Below are positions 1-13,138 of a stretch of DNA of 64,000 bases, piece after piece; the first letter of the stretch is position 1, and the number at the start of each line of letters is the position of its first letter. The DNA is from Gnetum montanum (taxonomy: Eukaryota > Plantae > Gnetophyta), in NCBI GenBank assembly GCA_015680685.1, contig MNCI01000003.1, positions 604,193-668,192 of the forward strand, read 5' to 3'. Both the position numbers and the translations under genes were made by a program. Below the pieces are notes generated by a model, which worked only from the letters and a program-made list of their open reading frames with translations, did not search any database and was not told where the DNA came from.

Positions 1-2350
1 GTGACTGGGCATTTCTCAAACTAAGGAAGCACTCAAGGATTGAAAAGGGTGTGACTTCAAGGGAACTTGATTCTTTTATGTTGGCCATTCTCTTGGGTTC
101 TTGGATGTTTTCTTTTTGAGCTTTTCTTGTCGTTTTGGTGTTACCCAATTATTGGAAGTTGAGATAATAAAAATAAAAAGTCTTTGCATGGTGTGGTTCT
201 CACGCATAAAAACACAAAACGAAAAAAAACTAAGTGAGAATTCAAAGCACACCCCTTAGATGAAATAAAATTGGGCTACAAGCACTGGTTATGGAACCAA
301 AAGTGTTCTCTCTAACTAAGGCCCTTCTCGCTTCCCATTCTCTCCTTTGTTTCATCGAAATGGTGTTGACTCTTGGGGAAGGCATTCTTGTTGTCCAAGT
401 GGATGGTTTAGCTGAATGCATTGATGCAAAGTCACTGGATGTGGTTGGTTTGAGACTGGACTTGGAATGGCATTTACTAAGTCACATTAATCATGAAACA
501 CACAAGGGGCTATATACCACCTTGTTCTTGGAATTCCATTCCATCCTCTTCTCTCCACCCTTCTCTCCATTGTTCACCTCATTGCTGATTGTATCATTAG
601 TGTATATTTTGGTAGATGCATTGTTTTCTTTTTGATAAATTCTTGCGGTTAAGACTTAACTCTTATTCCAATTGACATTCTTGGAGCCTATGGACTCTTT
701 GAATATGGGTTGTCAGGGCATTAAGGGCATGACCCTGCTTTGGGGAGGACCCACTAACATTGCTATCTGGGGGATCAGTTGAATTCTTTCCCTTAACATT
801 TTGCAATTCATTTTATTTTTATCATTTCCATCTTGACATCCATTTCATCGATGCCATAGTTGTTCCTTTTTATTTATCTTTCTTACTCCTTTCCTTTCTC
901 CATTCTAATGCTACCAGAGGTTCGCGATTAGTCATGGGGGTATGGGGCCCAATTTTTTCAATTTTCTCCTAGCCCCTAAATTTTTTATTTTCTTCTTAAC
1001 CCCTACACCTTTGGTAGTCATCATTACTATATCTTCCTATCCATATCAGCCATACCACAACCTAGCCAATGAACCTGCACCAAAGCAAGCTATTAATTAC
1101 ATGATGATTCATTTTCCTTTGCTAATATATGATTGTGTTGTGTGTGCAGATGGCGATCATACAACAACGGATTGGATCTGGAGCAAACACTTGGAATGGA
1201 GCCGTGTTGGAAGCAGCTATGCAAGGAGCAAGATCGATAGCATGCTTACCAATGGACAATGGAAGGCGCAATCTTGGCATTGGCAGCAGAAACATTTCTT
1301 TCTCTCTCTCTCTTTTTCAGTTGCCAACTAAGGCCTAATGTCATTGTAATAAGGTGTTCACCCTTGTTGTCATGAACACCAGTTTTGTCAAGTCTTGTAA
1401 TGATGATCCGTTCACATGTCATCCCATTAGTTTCATTCCCCTCAATAATTCCATACCTTCCCAATATTATTGTAAGGAACTTGAGGATGCGTTTTCATTC
1501 AATCATGGAGGTATGATGAGACGCGATTCACATGAGCCGCGATATCGCACACTGCGATATCGCATCCCATGTGATATCGCATACGCGATATCGCATCGTC
1601 CCCTGCAATATCGCATATGCGATATCGCAGTCCACCGCCATATCTATAAATAAGAGGTAGTTCTCCATTGTTTCCCCATCCTGAGTTAGAAGTAGGAAAA
1701 CTCTGGCAGTTTGATCACTCCAGAGATAGAATATTTTCCATGTGCCCGCAATAGGAGTCCTAAAGTGAACGAATATTTATTTGAGCAACATTGTACCTGA
1801 ACACAAGTTGTGTACGGCAATAAAGAAGAGCTTCTTGGATAAACTTTGTAGTGCATGGAATAGGATTTTATTTATTGTTTCCTCTCTCACCCTTAAACTC
1901 CTAGAATGCGGAATGAGTATGACTTGATTACGAGCATCTAATGATGTGTACGGATAGTCAAGGAATCAGCTGCTCATCGCAACGCGGTACGAGTATGATT
2001 TGATTACGAGCATCTAGTGTGACTATTTGGTAACCCAGTGGCGTATTCAAGATCTGCACTTGGTAATCCCTAGATAGTTTAGACGTAGTTCATTAGTTAG
2101 AGTTAGTTAGTTTCTCAACCCTTCACCTTGATAGCATAGGAGAAAAACATAAAAAGATATAAAAATCATATACCTCAAACTTACTTAACCATACACCATG
2201 ACAACTACAAGTAAGTCTAGGAAGACAACAAATGATTAACCCCAAGTGTTCCATGGGACGTGTAGGCACTTAGTCTGCGGAGTTCGACCGAATCGCACAT
2301 GCTACGCTTGTTTCATATGGTTGAGTGTTGGGGTACCTCGCCACTCATCA
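1..2350 (+). mobile_element. Element A: 3' part (3' internal region, PPT, 3' LTR 1514-2350) of a non-autonomous Athila-like Ty3/gypsy LTR retrotransposon; 5' part lies left of the window
   Basis: 1-1513 is colinear with element C 55837-57314. PPT-like CATGGAGGTA precedes LTR TGATGAG...CTCATCA, which has TATA box CTATAAATA at ~1645. It is followed by the internal sequence of older element D, so it is a nested insertion. Confidence 0.9.
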
Positions 2351-5300
2351 TTAACTAAACATAATAATGCTATAGCTATTTGCTAATGGTGGTTTGTACT
2401 TAAATGTTTTTGATTGCTAATATCTAGATTTTATCTTTGAATTTTGGTATTAATAATTAAAACATGGTTTTTTTTTTAGGGAATAGGCAGTGAGTCTATG
2501 GCATCCACCCATTCACTAGATTCTATGGTGTTCCTTTTTTTGGAAATATGAGGTCCTATCCTTAATAAGAACTTTAACGAACTTATGATCTTAGTAATTT
2601 CTAAACTTGGAAAGGATTAAATAGATTGACAAGGGTGTAACTTCAAGGGGATTTGATGCTCTTTGTACTTGCCTCCCCTCTTGAGTGCATGAGTGTTTTC
2701 ATGGATTTCTTACCATTCTGATGTCAACTAATAACAAGAAGTTAAAGTCTTTGCATGGTGTGGTTTTCATCCAAAAATTCCTAAAAACATAAAATTTCAA
2801 AAACAATGATGGGAATTAAAAGCACATCCCTTAGAAAAAATAATGGGATACAAGCATTAGTTATGGAACTAGAAAGACATGTTACCCATGCCTAAAGGTC
2901 CCCTCTAACTAAGGCCCTTTCTCACTTCCTAATTCTATTTTCTTCTCTTTTAGAAATGGTGATTAATTTGTGGGAGAATTCATATGTCTTAAGGGGATGG
3001 AATGGTCCTATAGTATCAATGTGAAGTCATTAGAAGAGGTTGGTTTTGATATGGACTAAGGATGAACTTTATCGACTCTCTCATCCACTAATTCTTCCCA
3101 TAATTTTACCTCATTGTCAATTTTCCATGTCTTGTTTAATGTCTTAGTTTGATGTGTTGAAATTCTTAGGTCAATTCTTTTCAAATTAGATCCTTAACTT
3201 TCCATAACCATTAATCAACCATGAGGCCCACAGACTCCTTGGCTTGAGGACATGTAAGGGCAAAAATGATGAAAGCTTGCTTTGGGAAGGATCCACTTGC
3301 ATTTCTCTTAGTTGGACTAGTTCAGTTCCTTATCCTTAGGCATTTTCAAGATCAAATACTTTATGCACACCATCAATTGCATCCAGTTGTTCACTCCTTA
3401 ATGGTATTTCTCCAACACAAATTCATTGTCTAGCTTAAAACTCCTTTTTTATGAATAATCGAGCCCTCTTCCATTGTTTCATCATGTTCATAGCTTTTTT
3501 GGCTTTTCAAGACCCCAATTTCATGCTTAAACTTTTTGTTTTTCTTCATATTTTTAAATTGAAATTTTTCTTTAAGGACCCTATTAATGGGACCTCATCA
3601 ATGTAGCATAAAAATCCTATAAAGACACAAAATCACTTAGCATTTTTTTCACATTTGTGCTCAAACAAGGGGGGAGTTTTTGAATTTTTCAAAGCCTAGA
3701 ACCTTCCAAGAGCCATAACTTCCAAACCATTTGTTTGATAAGGCACTAGGGTCAAGACCAAACCTTGAGGTCACTCTAATAAATGCCTACCTCAAATAAA
3801 TTACATCCAAGGAGGTTTAGAAATCTATCCTTTAAGTGGTAAACTTTGGATCCTTCTTGGAGTTTGCTCCTCCAAAAGTTAAGACTCAACTATAAATCTC
3901 TTCCATGTGGCCCATCACCACTTCCAATAGGGAGTGGTACATGGGAGAGACATACATTTTCTGGAACAATAGGTAGGTTGATTCCACAGTCAAAATCAAG
4001 GACAAATCTATGTCCTACTCAATGAAAGAAATCTTTGAGGCCCTTGGGTTGCTTGAAACTAGGACCACTCTAGTTGAAATTTTAATGTAGGCAGATCCAA
4101 GCATCAAGAAAGAATGGACATAGTGGTCTTATGGATTAGACCACAAGGAGTTTGATGCACTTACCATGGCAAAACTTGCATACTTAAAAATTGTGACCTT
4201 TCACCTCAATCCAACAATGAGGCCCAACAAGATCATAGCCTTCTCCACTCGTTCATGTGCTACTCTACACAAAAGATTCCCCATCAACCTTTCACAACTA
4301 ATATATCTTAAGATAGAGAAGTGATTTAAAGAGAACGAACATGGAAGGAAGGTACTTCCCTTTCCATGCCTCATCAGAAAACTATACAAAAGGGGAGGCA
4401 TAACCTGCTACACTAATGACATAGTCTATCATGCTCCAATCGCTTCCTAGGCAAAGTTGATGAAGGACAAGGTGCCTATGAAGGTAATCTAGGAAGAGAA
4501 ATTGCAAACACCACCTCCACCATCCACTGATGAGACAACATTGGAGTTTTGCACTAACATTGGATGCATGCATGAGCTCCAAGAGTAACTCTTGCAATAG
4601 CAACAATAGCAAGCAAGAATGAATGATGTTGACCCATCTATGTATATATCAACCATGAGCCACCTTAACAGAGTGATCTAAACCATAAGCTAGATGGAGG
4701 ATGGCATGCTAATTTTCTCTACCTAATGCATGCAAGTGCCTAGAAGGTTGAATTTAAGTGCCTGAGAGGTAATGGTTCTCTTATTGAAATAGCAACAATT
4801 CCTAGATATCTCTAGGAATGCCTGCTATCTTTTTAGTGCATTTGGAGGAGGGTGAGGGGGTAATTGTCCTATTGATGTAGCACCATGGATAGGAGATGGT
4901 GGCTAAAGTGATTGCTAATAGAGTTCCTAAAGAACTTAATGTGCTTGTAGCATCTATACTAGATGTTTCTGTTGTTAGAGGTGTGTAGACATTTGTAGGC
5001 ACTGTTAATGGAAGATTGAGCATAACCCACTGTGAGAAATTGCCAAACCAACTGGTGGAAATTGAATAACCAATTTTAGATGTCTTTAACCTTTTAGATA
5101 CCATCACTGCAACCCAATTGGAGCTACTCGAGGCAAAGGGCAAATGCATCATCATGGAGGGGCAACTTAAAATAGCCAGAGTAGAAAACCAGTGCTTGGC
5201 TATAGAAGTTTTCAAATTGAGAGCCCGCTTCACTAATCCTGCACTACTTAGTTAAGCAACCACATGGGATGAAGTTTTCCAATAGCTTTAGGCCAAACTC

Positions 5301-7490
5301 AAAGAGGTTGAGTACACCAAGAAGTTGGTAGTCTTTGACTAGTCCTTGGTCGATGTCACAATGCATAACATTCCGAAGGACTTAGTTCAAACTTGTAGGA
5401 AGAATGAGAACTTGGCCATAGAAAATCATCACTTGTGAAATGTTGATGCATAGAAAAAAAATATATCCAAATTTATTCATCAATAGTAGTAGCAACTTGC
5501 TAGGGTAAACACTAAAATAAGGAGGTTGGTAGCAAAGAACATAAACTTCTCAATGGAGGAGGTTCATGCCTTATGCTAGAAATCTACAATCAAGATTGCT
5601 AACTAGAAAAATGAGACCCTTAAGTTCAAAAGGGTGAAAAATCATTATAGAGACTAGGTGGAATTGTAGAAAAAAATTAATGAGAAGCACATTCAACTAG
5701 CAAAGGCAAAAGTCAATGAGGCCCTCCAGCAACTCTAGTAAGGAGGTGATGTCTGGCAATCTATCTTTGATGGGCTGAACGAATATAATAAGGCTAAAAT
5801 TCGCATGAAGGAGTTGCAAATCAAGGAAATGACTGAATATATGAAGCTTTTAAACCTAGAGTATGAAAACCTAGTGATGTTGACTACCAAAAGGCTATGG
5901 TTAGAGTTAGAGAAGCAGGTGGCTAGCTCGTACTTATTGTACAAGGCAAAGTTCAAACATTACAAAGAAACCAAGTAAAAGCTTGAGGTTACAAATGTTG
6001 AACTCAATGTTCTAAGGGAGTGATTTATGGATCAGAGATCAACAACTAAGAACCTAGCTAAGAGAATGAATGACTACTAGGAGCTACAAAATGCACTCAG
6101 AGCATTTGACATTGTACACAAACAATTTGATGCCTAGTTTTTCAACATGAAGGAGCTATTTCCTACAATGCCCTATCCATGGAATATTCCCATTATGGCC
6201 TACATTGGTGAAGCAACATGGACTGTGAATGATCCTTGAAGTAAGAAGAAGAAGATGAAGGTATTGTTAAACATCTTCCATCTTACACCAGTAGTTGCAG
6301 CTGCAGTAGGACAACCACAACAAGCATGTGCATCCAAAGCAGGAGAAGATCCTTTGAAACCTTAGGAGCCTCCACCACCTAGGATTTTCTAATTTTATTC
6401 ATCATCTTCCAACTATCGAAAAAGTTTTGATTGTCATTTTTGTCCTGGTATCTAATTTTGTTTTTTAGAACACCAATTTTTGTAATGATTATAAATTTGT
6501 ATACTTGGGCACTTAGTCTTTCTTGTGTTTTTTTTTTGCATCTGTAGTTAGTCATTAATCTCATGCCTTCCCAAAATTTTGGTAAAAACTTGAGGACGAT
6601 TTTTCATTTAGTTGTGGATGTATGATAAGTCGCATTATTAGAATGTTTCAATGGGATGTTGTCGATGCAACCTTATCAATGAGATCTCATTGATGTGATC
6701 CCATCAATGTGGTATTTTCCACATTGATGTGTACATATCAACATGCTTGTTTTTACCTATTAATGTATGCCTACCCACTACATTTATCGTAATCCTTTCT
6801 TAGTTGTAGTGAAGCTTTTGTAATTTTTCCTTTTGAAAGTTAGAATATTTTCTGAGTGCCCACAATAGAAGTCAAAGAAGTATATGCATCTTTATTCAAG
6901 AACAAATATGCTCGAGTACCTTAGTGTGAATGACAATAAAGACAAGCATTTTTATCAAACCTTGCAGTACTTGGAATAGATTAATTATTTCCTTGTGCAT
7001 TTAATATTCATGCAAGTTACTTAAATGTTTCTAGGTAATTAATTAATATCAATTTAATAGCAAAGATAATTATGACCACTTTGAGCATACATTTAACGCT
7101 TGGTAATCCCAATAGTGCTTACTGCTTAGTAATCCACTAGTGTTATAACATGTCCAGGATGCATACAAAGAGTTGAAATGGATGCTTATGTTAGGATTAG
7201 TTAAATATTAGCTAGTTATTAGATTAATTAAGCATTTAATTTCTTTATTCTTATTCTTAGACAACTTAAATCATAAAAGATAAAATGATAAAAATCATAT
7301 GCCTCAGTTACACTTAACCATACTCTTGCACTTCACAAGTGGAACTAAGAAGACAACAATTGCAATGGTTAAATTTACTTCCTATGACTTAGTGTACTTA
7401 GAGAGGTAAAGTCTATAGAATTCAACCTCATCGCTTAGTGAATGCTAGTGATTCATATGGTTGGGTGTAGGGTATACTTGTTGCTCATCA
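2351..7490 (+). mobile_element. Element D: 3' half of an older Athila-clade LTR retrotransposon (post-pol spacer, env-like ORF, PPT, 3' LTR 6623-7490)
   Basis: 2400-3400 is homologous to the 3' internal region of A/B/C. The LTR runs TGATAAG...GCTCATCA, and its 3' end CATATGGTTGGGTGTAGGGTATACTTGTTGCTCATCA resembles those of A/C. Degenerate PPT at ~6610-6622. Confidence 0.8.
3783..6380 (+). pseudogene. Decayed Athila-type 3' extra ('env-like', ATHILA/Transposase_32-like) ORF with long coiled-coil C-terminus
   Basis: Manual translation across stops and frameshifts gives VKIKDKSMSYSMKEIFEALGL (~3990-4055), FPINLSQLIY (~4280) and KVLPFPCLIRKLYKRGGI (~4350-4400), which matches the LPFPxLITxLC motif of this family. 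E/K/L-rich heptad-like sequence at 5250-6150. Confidence 0.65.
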
Positions 7491-8283
7491 TACATCAACC
7501 CCGCATGGCTACAAGAAAGAAGGAAAATAATAAGGAAAGAATGTAACTAAATTTATAGATCTTTATACTTGAAGCTTAGTACAATTACAATCAAACAAAT
7601 GCTATTACAATGAAGAAAAAGAATAGAATTACTTAGAATAGACAATGAAGGGCTTTTGTGTGAATAGTACTTGCACAATTTTCAAGATTTTGACATCATC
7701 TTATGCCTCAAAGTTTCTAGAAAAAACTCCTTAGAATTCATGCAATGGCTACCAAATAGTTAGTGTAGATGTCTCCTTTGAAGTTGAGATGTCTAACTAA
7801 CATTGACCTCAATGTAGGTGAGAGGTCTACCAAGAAACTGGAACATCTACAATGGGATGTGTACAATGAGACATCTACTATTGAAGATAGATGTCTACTA
7901 TTTTTTCAAGACATCTAATTAACTTTTAAACTTTGAATTATGAGGCTTTCACTTGTTGATTGTCTTCCTGGTAGTCCTTGGAGCATCTTCATTTGACTTA
8001 TCAACTTCATTTTCATCCATGCTCTCATCTTTCCCATGTACTCTTCATTCTGACATCTCAATGTAGATCTCCTCTCCTTGAGTTCTTAGATTTCTTTGTG
8101 AAGTTCTTATTCCTATAAAATCTTACTCCCACACATACATTTTATATTCTCCATTTTTCTTAAGGTTTTGACATACCAAAAGGTCAACAAAATGAACCTC
8201 ACTTTCTGATGCACAAAGCATTAGATGATAGGTGTTGAGAGCCAAATGTTGAAAAACTATATTCCAAAAAAGAAATCATAACA
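7491..8283 (-). mobile_element. Probable LTR fragment of another retrotransposon into which D inserted
   Basis: Minus strand begins TGTTATGA at 8283. Array of AGATGTCT/AGACATCT motifs at 7765-7920. No partner LTR or TSD visible. Confidence 0.4.
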
Positions 8284-9512
8284 AAATTTAATTAATAATC
8301 ATTGTTCATTACTTTTTAGGTCTTTAAAAATTTACAAAAGTTTAGCTAATTTTTTAACTTATCATGCAAGGAACAAAGATACTTAAATAGAACTTTGGAA
8401 CTATACGTAGGTAGATAGTACTCCAAAATAGTAAATTAATCTAAAAATGCTTGTTTAATCTTAAAATAGTTAGAGTTGGGTTGCTTGAAGATTGTGATTA
8501 TAAAGGAAGATGGCCCTCTTGGAGTTCTTTCATTGAGATGCTGGTACTATTTCTAATGGAGCTTCCATTGGCAAGGTCTAAGATAAAAGTGCTATTGAAT
8601 TTGATGATCCACAAATGACACCAAACAATCCACAAATTGCTTATTAATAAGCATATATTGTTTGGTTTGCAACCCTAAGCCAACCAATAAGATTATGTAC
8701 CTTCAAATTAGTATAACATGAGACTCACCCATATATATACATATATTACACTTCTTTTAAGATTAAACTATTTATATAATAATTGCAATATGTTTTGGAT
8801 TTTAGATAAAATAGAATAAAACATATTTTGAATTATAAGTTTATACATTCAAATCTAAACAATTATGAAGATAATATAATATATTTAATTTTAAGTGATA
8901 TTTTCATTTTACTAAATGGATCCTAGGAAGACTTCCTTCCATAAGTAATTGAAGTTTTCTTGATCTTAAAATTACTATATGCAAAACTAATATCTTCATA
9001 ACTATCATTTTATGTATAAGCTATTCTAAATTACTTTCAACTTATTTTACCAATGTTGATTTTTCAACTTCTTCTATTGATGAGGAAATTTTTGTTGAAT
9101 CTAACAAAACAAATCTACAAACTAACAAGCAAAAATTTGTGATACATTCTTGTAGTGATAATGCTACAACAAAGATGTTTAATTCTATTCTTCATCATGA
9201 TCTATATGAGTCAATGGTTGTTAATCTTATATAATAATACATGTTGTTTTTTTAGGTTATCTACTTCATATTGCTTTTTCTTTTCATGTTATTTTTGGTA
9301 TTTTCTACTTAGTGTTAAGCTTGTGATGTTATTAAAATGTTGTATTTTTCTTATTATGAGTACTATTTCTAGGATTCAACCCTCCTAAAGAACTATTAAA
9401 AATTATGTTACACCTACATTTTGCATTGATTATATAGAGATTATTTGACTATCATATTTGAAAGAGAGAAGAGAAGAAAAGGGATGTCCAAATTTGAAAC
9501 AATTTAAATATT

Positions 9513-10322
9513 TGATGAAGTGCATTTTTCATCTACTTCGATGTTGAAGCCCAAATGCAACGTCAAGTATCTAATGTCATAGGGTATATGCTGGCCTATA
9601 AATATAGCACCTGGGCTCCCAATTTGGCATGAGTTTTTGTTAGTTTTCAATTAGAGTAGCGAAGCTCTTGTAGTTTATTCCCTCTAATGTTAGAATATTT
9701 TCAAAGTGCCCATAGAAGAAGTCTAAGTGTCTATGGTTCTTTGTTTGAACATTAATGTACCTAAGTGCAACAATGTGATGGGAATAAAAACAAACTCTTT
9801 TGAAAATCCTTGCAACACTGAGAATAGATTAATGTTTTTTTAATGCACTTTACTTTACTGCATTTTAATTAAGCAATTAATTTCCAATTGTTAATGAACA
9901 CAAGCATGAACACTTCATGCATACATATAGTTCTTTGTAGCCCAACAATGCTATATGTGTTCAAGAAAATGGAATAGGTACTTGTGTTAAGCTAGCTAGG
10001 CTAGTTTAGATCTTANAATAGGTACTTGTGTTAAGCTAGCTAGGCTAGTTTAGATCTTATTTTCCACTAATCATTACCTTAGTTACTTTATCTCTTTATC
10101 ATCATTAGGAGTAGCATAGAATTAGATAAAATCATATGTCTCACTCTAGACTAAACCATACATGACAAAGCTACCACTAGTCCAAGTGGGAGGACAGCGA
10201 ATTGCAATCAAGGCATAGCGATCTAGATGCCACAACAAGTCCCATCCATAGAATTCGACCGAATCATGCATGAACGGTTATGATTCATATGGTTGGGTGT
10301 AGGGGTATCTCGTTGCTCATCA
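9513..10322 (+). mobile_element. Solo LTR of the A/C/D Athila-like superfamily
   Basis: Termini TGATGAAG...GCTCATCA, CTATAAATA at ~9596, and shared blocks TTAGAATATTTTC..GTGCCC and CATATGGTTGGGTGTAGGGGTA. No PBS follows. Flanks ATATT/TATAT are not a clean TSD. Confidence 0.8.
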
Positions 10323-12399
10323 TATATGTATATCCCAAGATATAAATCATAAAGGAATGACATCATAAAAAGAAAGTTCCATTGAATTCATATCAAACAT
10401 CAATTTAGAAAGAGTACAAATGGGAAATGAAACTTCAAATAAAATTCAATGTAGAGATAGTAAATCCATTACTCTCATAAATGGTTCTAAAAGCACATTA
10501 CACAATATTTTTAATGCATATCAATTATAAAATTCCTTATTATAAATTGAACAATTTGTTCAAATTGGCTACAAAATAAAGTTTTACAATAATATCTATA
10601 GTATCTATTAAGGAGAAATAGAGAAAACAAAATTAAAGAAGAGATAAAATTAAATTTATTGATTAGAATCCATGCTAAATAATATAAAAAATGAAAACTT
10701 AAATTTTAGAGATATCACACTTCTATATCGAGTTTCAAGAAGAAGAAGAGAAAGTTGAAGATGAAGATCTATGTCTACAACAACTTTATATACAGTAATC
10801 TATACAAGAATAAAAGGAAAAGTTTATGTAAAAGAAGAAAAGAAGATAAATAAATACTATTTTAGTAAGCAATATATTAAAAAAATAAAACATCAATCCA
10901 AGTGATGTTTACTTAAGTTATTAAATAATTGAGGTTATGACCAATATCTTACTACCATTTAGAATTCATTGTCTTAATGAAATTATTAAAGTGACCAAGA
11001 TTGAAGATCAAGAGTAACATAAATAAATTTTCACCATGACATTAAATTTCACACTAAAGGATGGACTCTTAAAAATAGTGTAAAATTTCAAGTCATGAAT
11101 TTAACATTTAATTCCTTATTTTTATTATTTTTTCATCTAAATAGAAAATAAATCCATGTAATTTTTTTACTTATTAAAGTTCTAATTATTAAATAAAATA
11201 AATTAGATATTTTTAAATTTTCTTCAATTAATAAGAAATGTTTCTAATTTTATTTTTAACCAAATCGCTCAAATCTTATTATTTTCTAAGTCTTTAGGTA
11301 TTGGAAAACTCTTTCTTCTTATAGGTAACTTTGGCTCCTTTCATTTTTTATAAAAGAATGGACCATTTATTATGTAACTTAGAGTGATAAAAGAAAAAAG
11401 GTAATTTAAATTTCCTTCACATTTTTTCTATAGTTTTCATAATATATTTCTATAATTTTCACATTTAGTCTTCATAATTTCATTCCACATTATATTTCAT
11501 AATATTTCTAGAATTCCACATTCAATCTACATTCCTTCCACATTATTTATACATTGATTCACATTTATTCATAGAAAATTTATATTATTTCAAACATAAT
11601 TGTATATCATCAACTTTACATCATATTAATTTCAAGTCACAATACCCAAATATCAAGGCACCATCATTAATTCATCATATACTACAAAAGGTTAATAGTT
11701 AGATTTGGGACATTTTTTGAATCCACTTGCACTCATTAGTCTAAATCCAATTGCCATAAAATTTTGTACCTAAATAGATCTTTGATGTTATATTATTCAA
11801 AACTCCAAGAAAAGAGGAAATCATGATTTATGCATTACTTGTAAAAGTGATTTTATTATATTACATTATATAAATCATGAATGTTGTTAAGGATGTAGTG
11901 AAGAACTAGGATTTTGTTTTCTAGTTTTTATAGTGAAAAATTATGTTAAATTTTTTTAGTTTTATTTGATATTTTTACTTTCATAGGTAATAATAGTAAA
12001 ATTTAAACCAAAGCACTAGCCCATGAGGAATAACAAGCATACCTTGTCTCTACCATTATAACTTAATAAAAGCACAATTTATGAATATGGAAAGATAACA
12101 ATTGCTTTTAAGTTTAAATATTATCCAATAATATTATTCTTAAATCTAAATCTTATTAACATCATAATTAGTTAATAATTATTGTATCACATGTCCATGT
12201 ACAGTATTTAATAGTAAAATAATCATCAACATCTCATTTAAATCTTATTAATTGACATATATTAGAGAATGAAATAAAGTTTCGTATCCTTTAATTTTTA
12301 ATATAATAACATCTTGGAATCCTATAATATCAAGTAGAATAAAATCTGTATCTACACCATCATCACTATCAAGTCCACCAACTCCATCTCCATCTCAAA

Positions 12400-13138
12400 T
12401 GTGATATAAAGAGGGATCAATCCATCAAAGTAAGTAGAGAAATATTAGATAACTTTCTTAATCGATCCTTAGTTAGGAACCATGGATTTGGGGTCAAGAA
12501 TGTGGGGTATCCATTCTACATAACACATTAGTACATACAAGTCACATGCATAAACATAAAAAAAAAATCATAAAACCAAAATGCATCTCTCACCACTACT
12601 AATCAACAAACAACTATTGCATTTAGCACCCACCACTTAGTATCTCATGTGTGATATCGTGGTCATCTGTACTTGTGATCGAACATAGTTAATAGATGAT
12701 TTACAATTGAATTCTACAATCATTAATAATATCTACAATTCTTTTATTAGGTTCATGATTCTCTTATTCATGAAGTTCAATCAACTAGTAATGCAAACTC
12801 GTCTTCTTGCTCTTCCTATGGTAGTAGACTACTTTTCTCGCTTACTAAAATTTTGAAATCATCATGAACTAAAGCATATCTTAATCCTTTCCATATTCAA
12901 GTAGAGTCTCAAGTAAAAGATAAAATCTAGTGGAGCTTTTAGCTAAACTCAATTTCATTGCAAGGTTTTTGTAATTTTTTGCATAGTGTTTTTATTGAAT
13001 AACTTATTTATGAATATCCTAAAATGATTTAAATTTAAAGGTATAATTTTTTACTTTTATAAATACCTAGTAGTTAAAAACAACTCTTTTCTAGATATTT
13101 CCACTCATGTGGATCCAAAAATAGGCCTTTATATTACA
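12400..13138. mobile_element. Probable solo LTR of a different family
   Basis: 12-bp inverted termini TGTGATATAAAG...CTTTATATTACA with 1 mismatch; flanks TCAAA/TCACA (5-bp TSD with 1 mismatch). Confidence 0.45.

Noticed and set aside
291-635. 114-aa hydrophobic ORF in element A, possible env or membrane protein
   Set aside because: The homologous region in C (56130-56490) has a different start, a frameshift and an earlier stop; not conserved.
1520-1632. CRISPR interpretation of the repeat-spacer array
   Set aside because: Repeats are 10 bp and spacers 4-10 bp, inside a plant LTR, with no cas genes.
4802-5233. 143-aa minus-strand ORF
   Set aside because: Antisense shadow of the decayed plus-strand env-like ORF; no recognisable motifs.
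9973-10060. Exact ~43-bp direct repeat around a single N (similar case around 59108)
   Set aside because: Typical unmerged contig overlap rather than a biological duplication.
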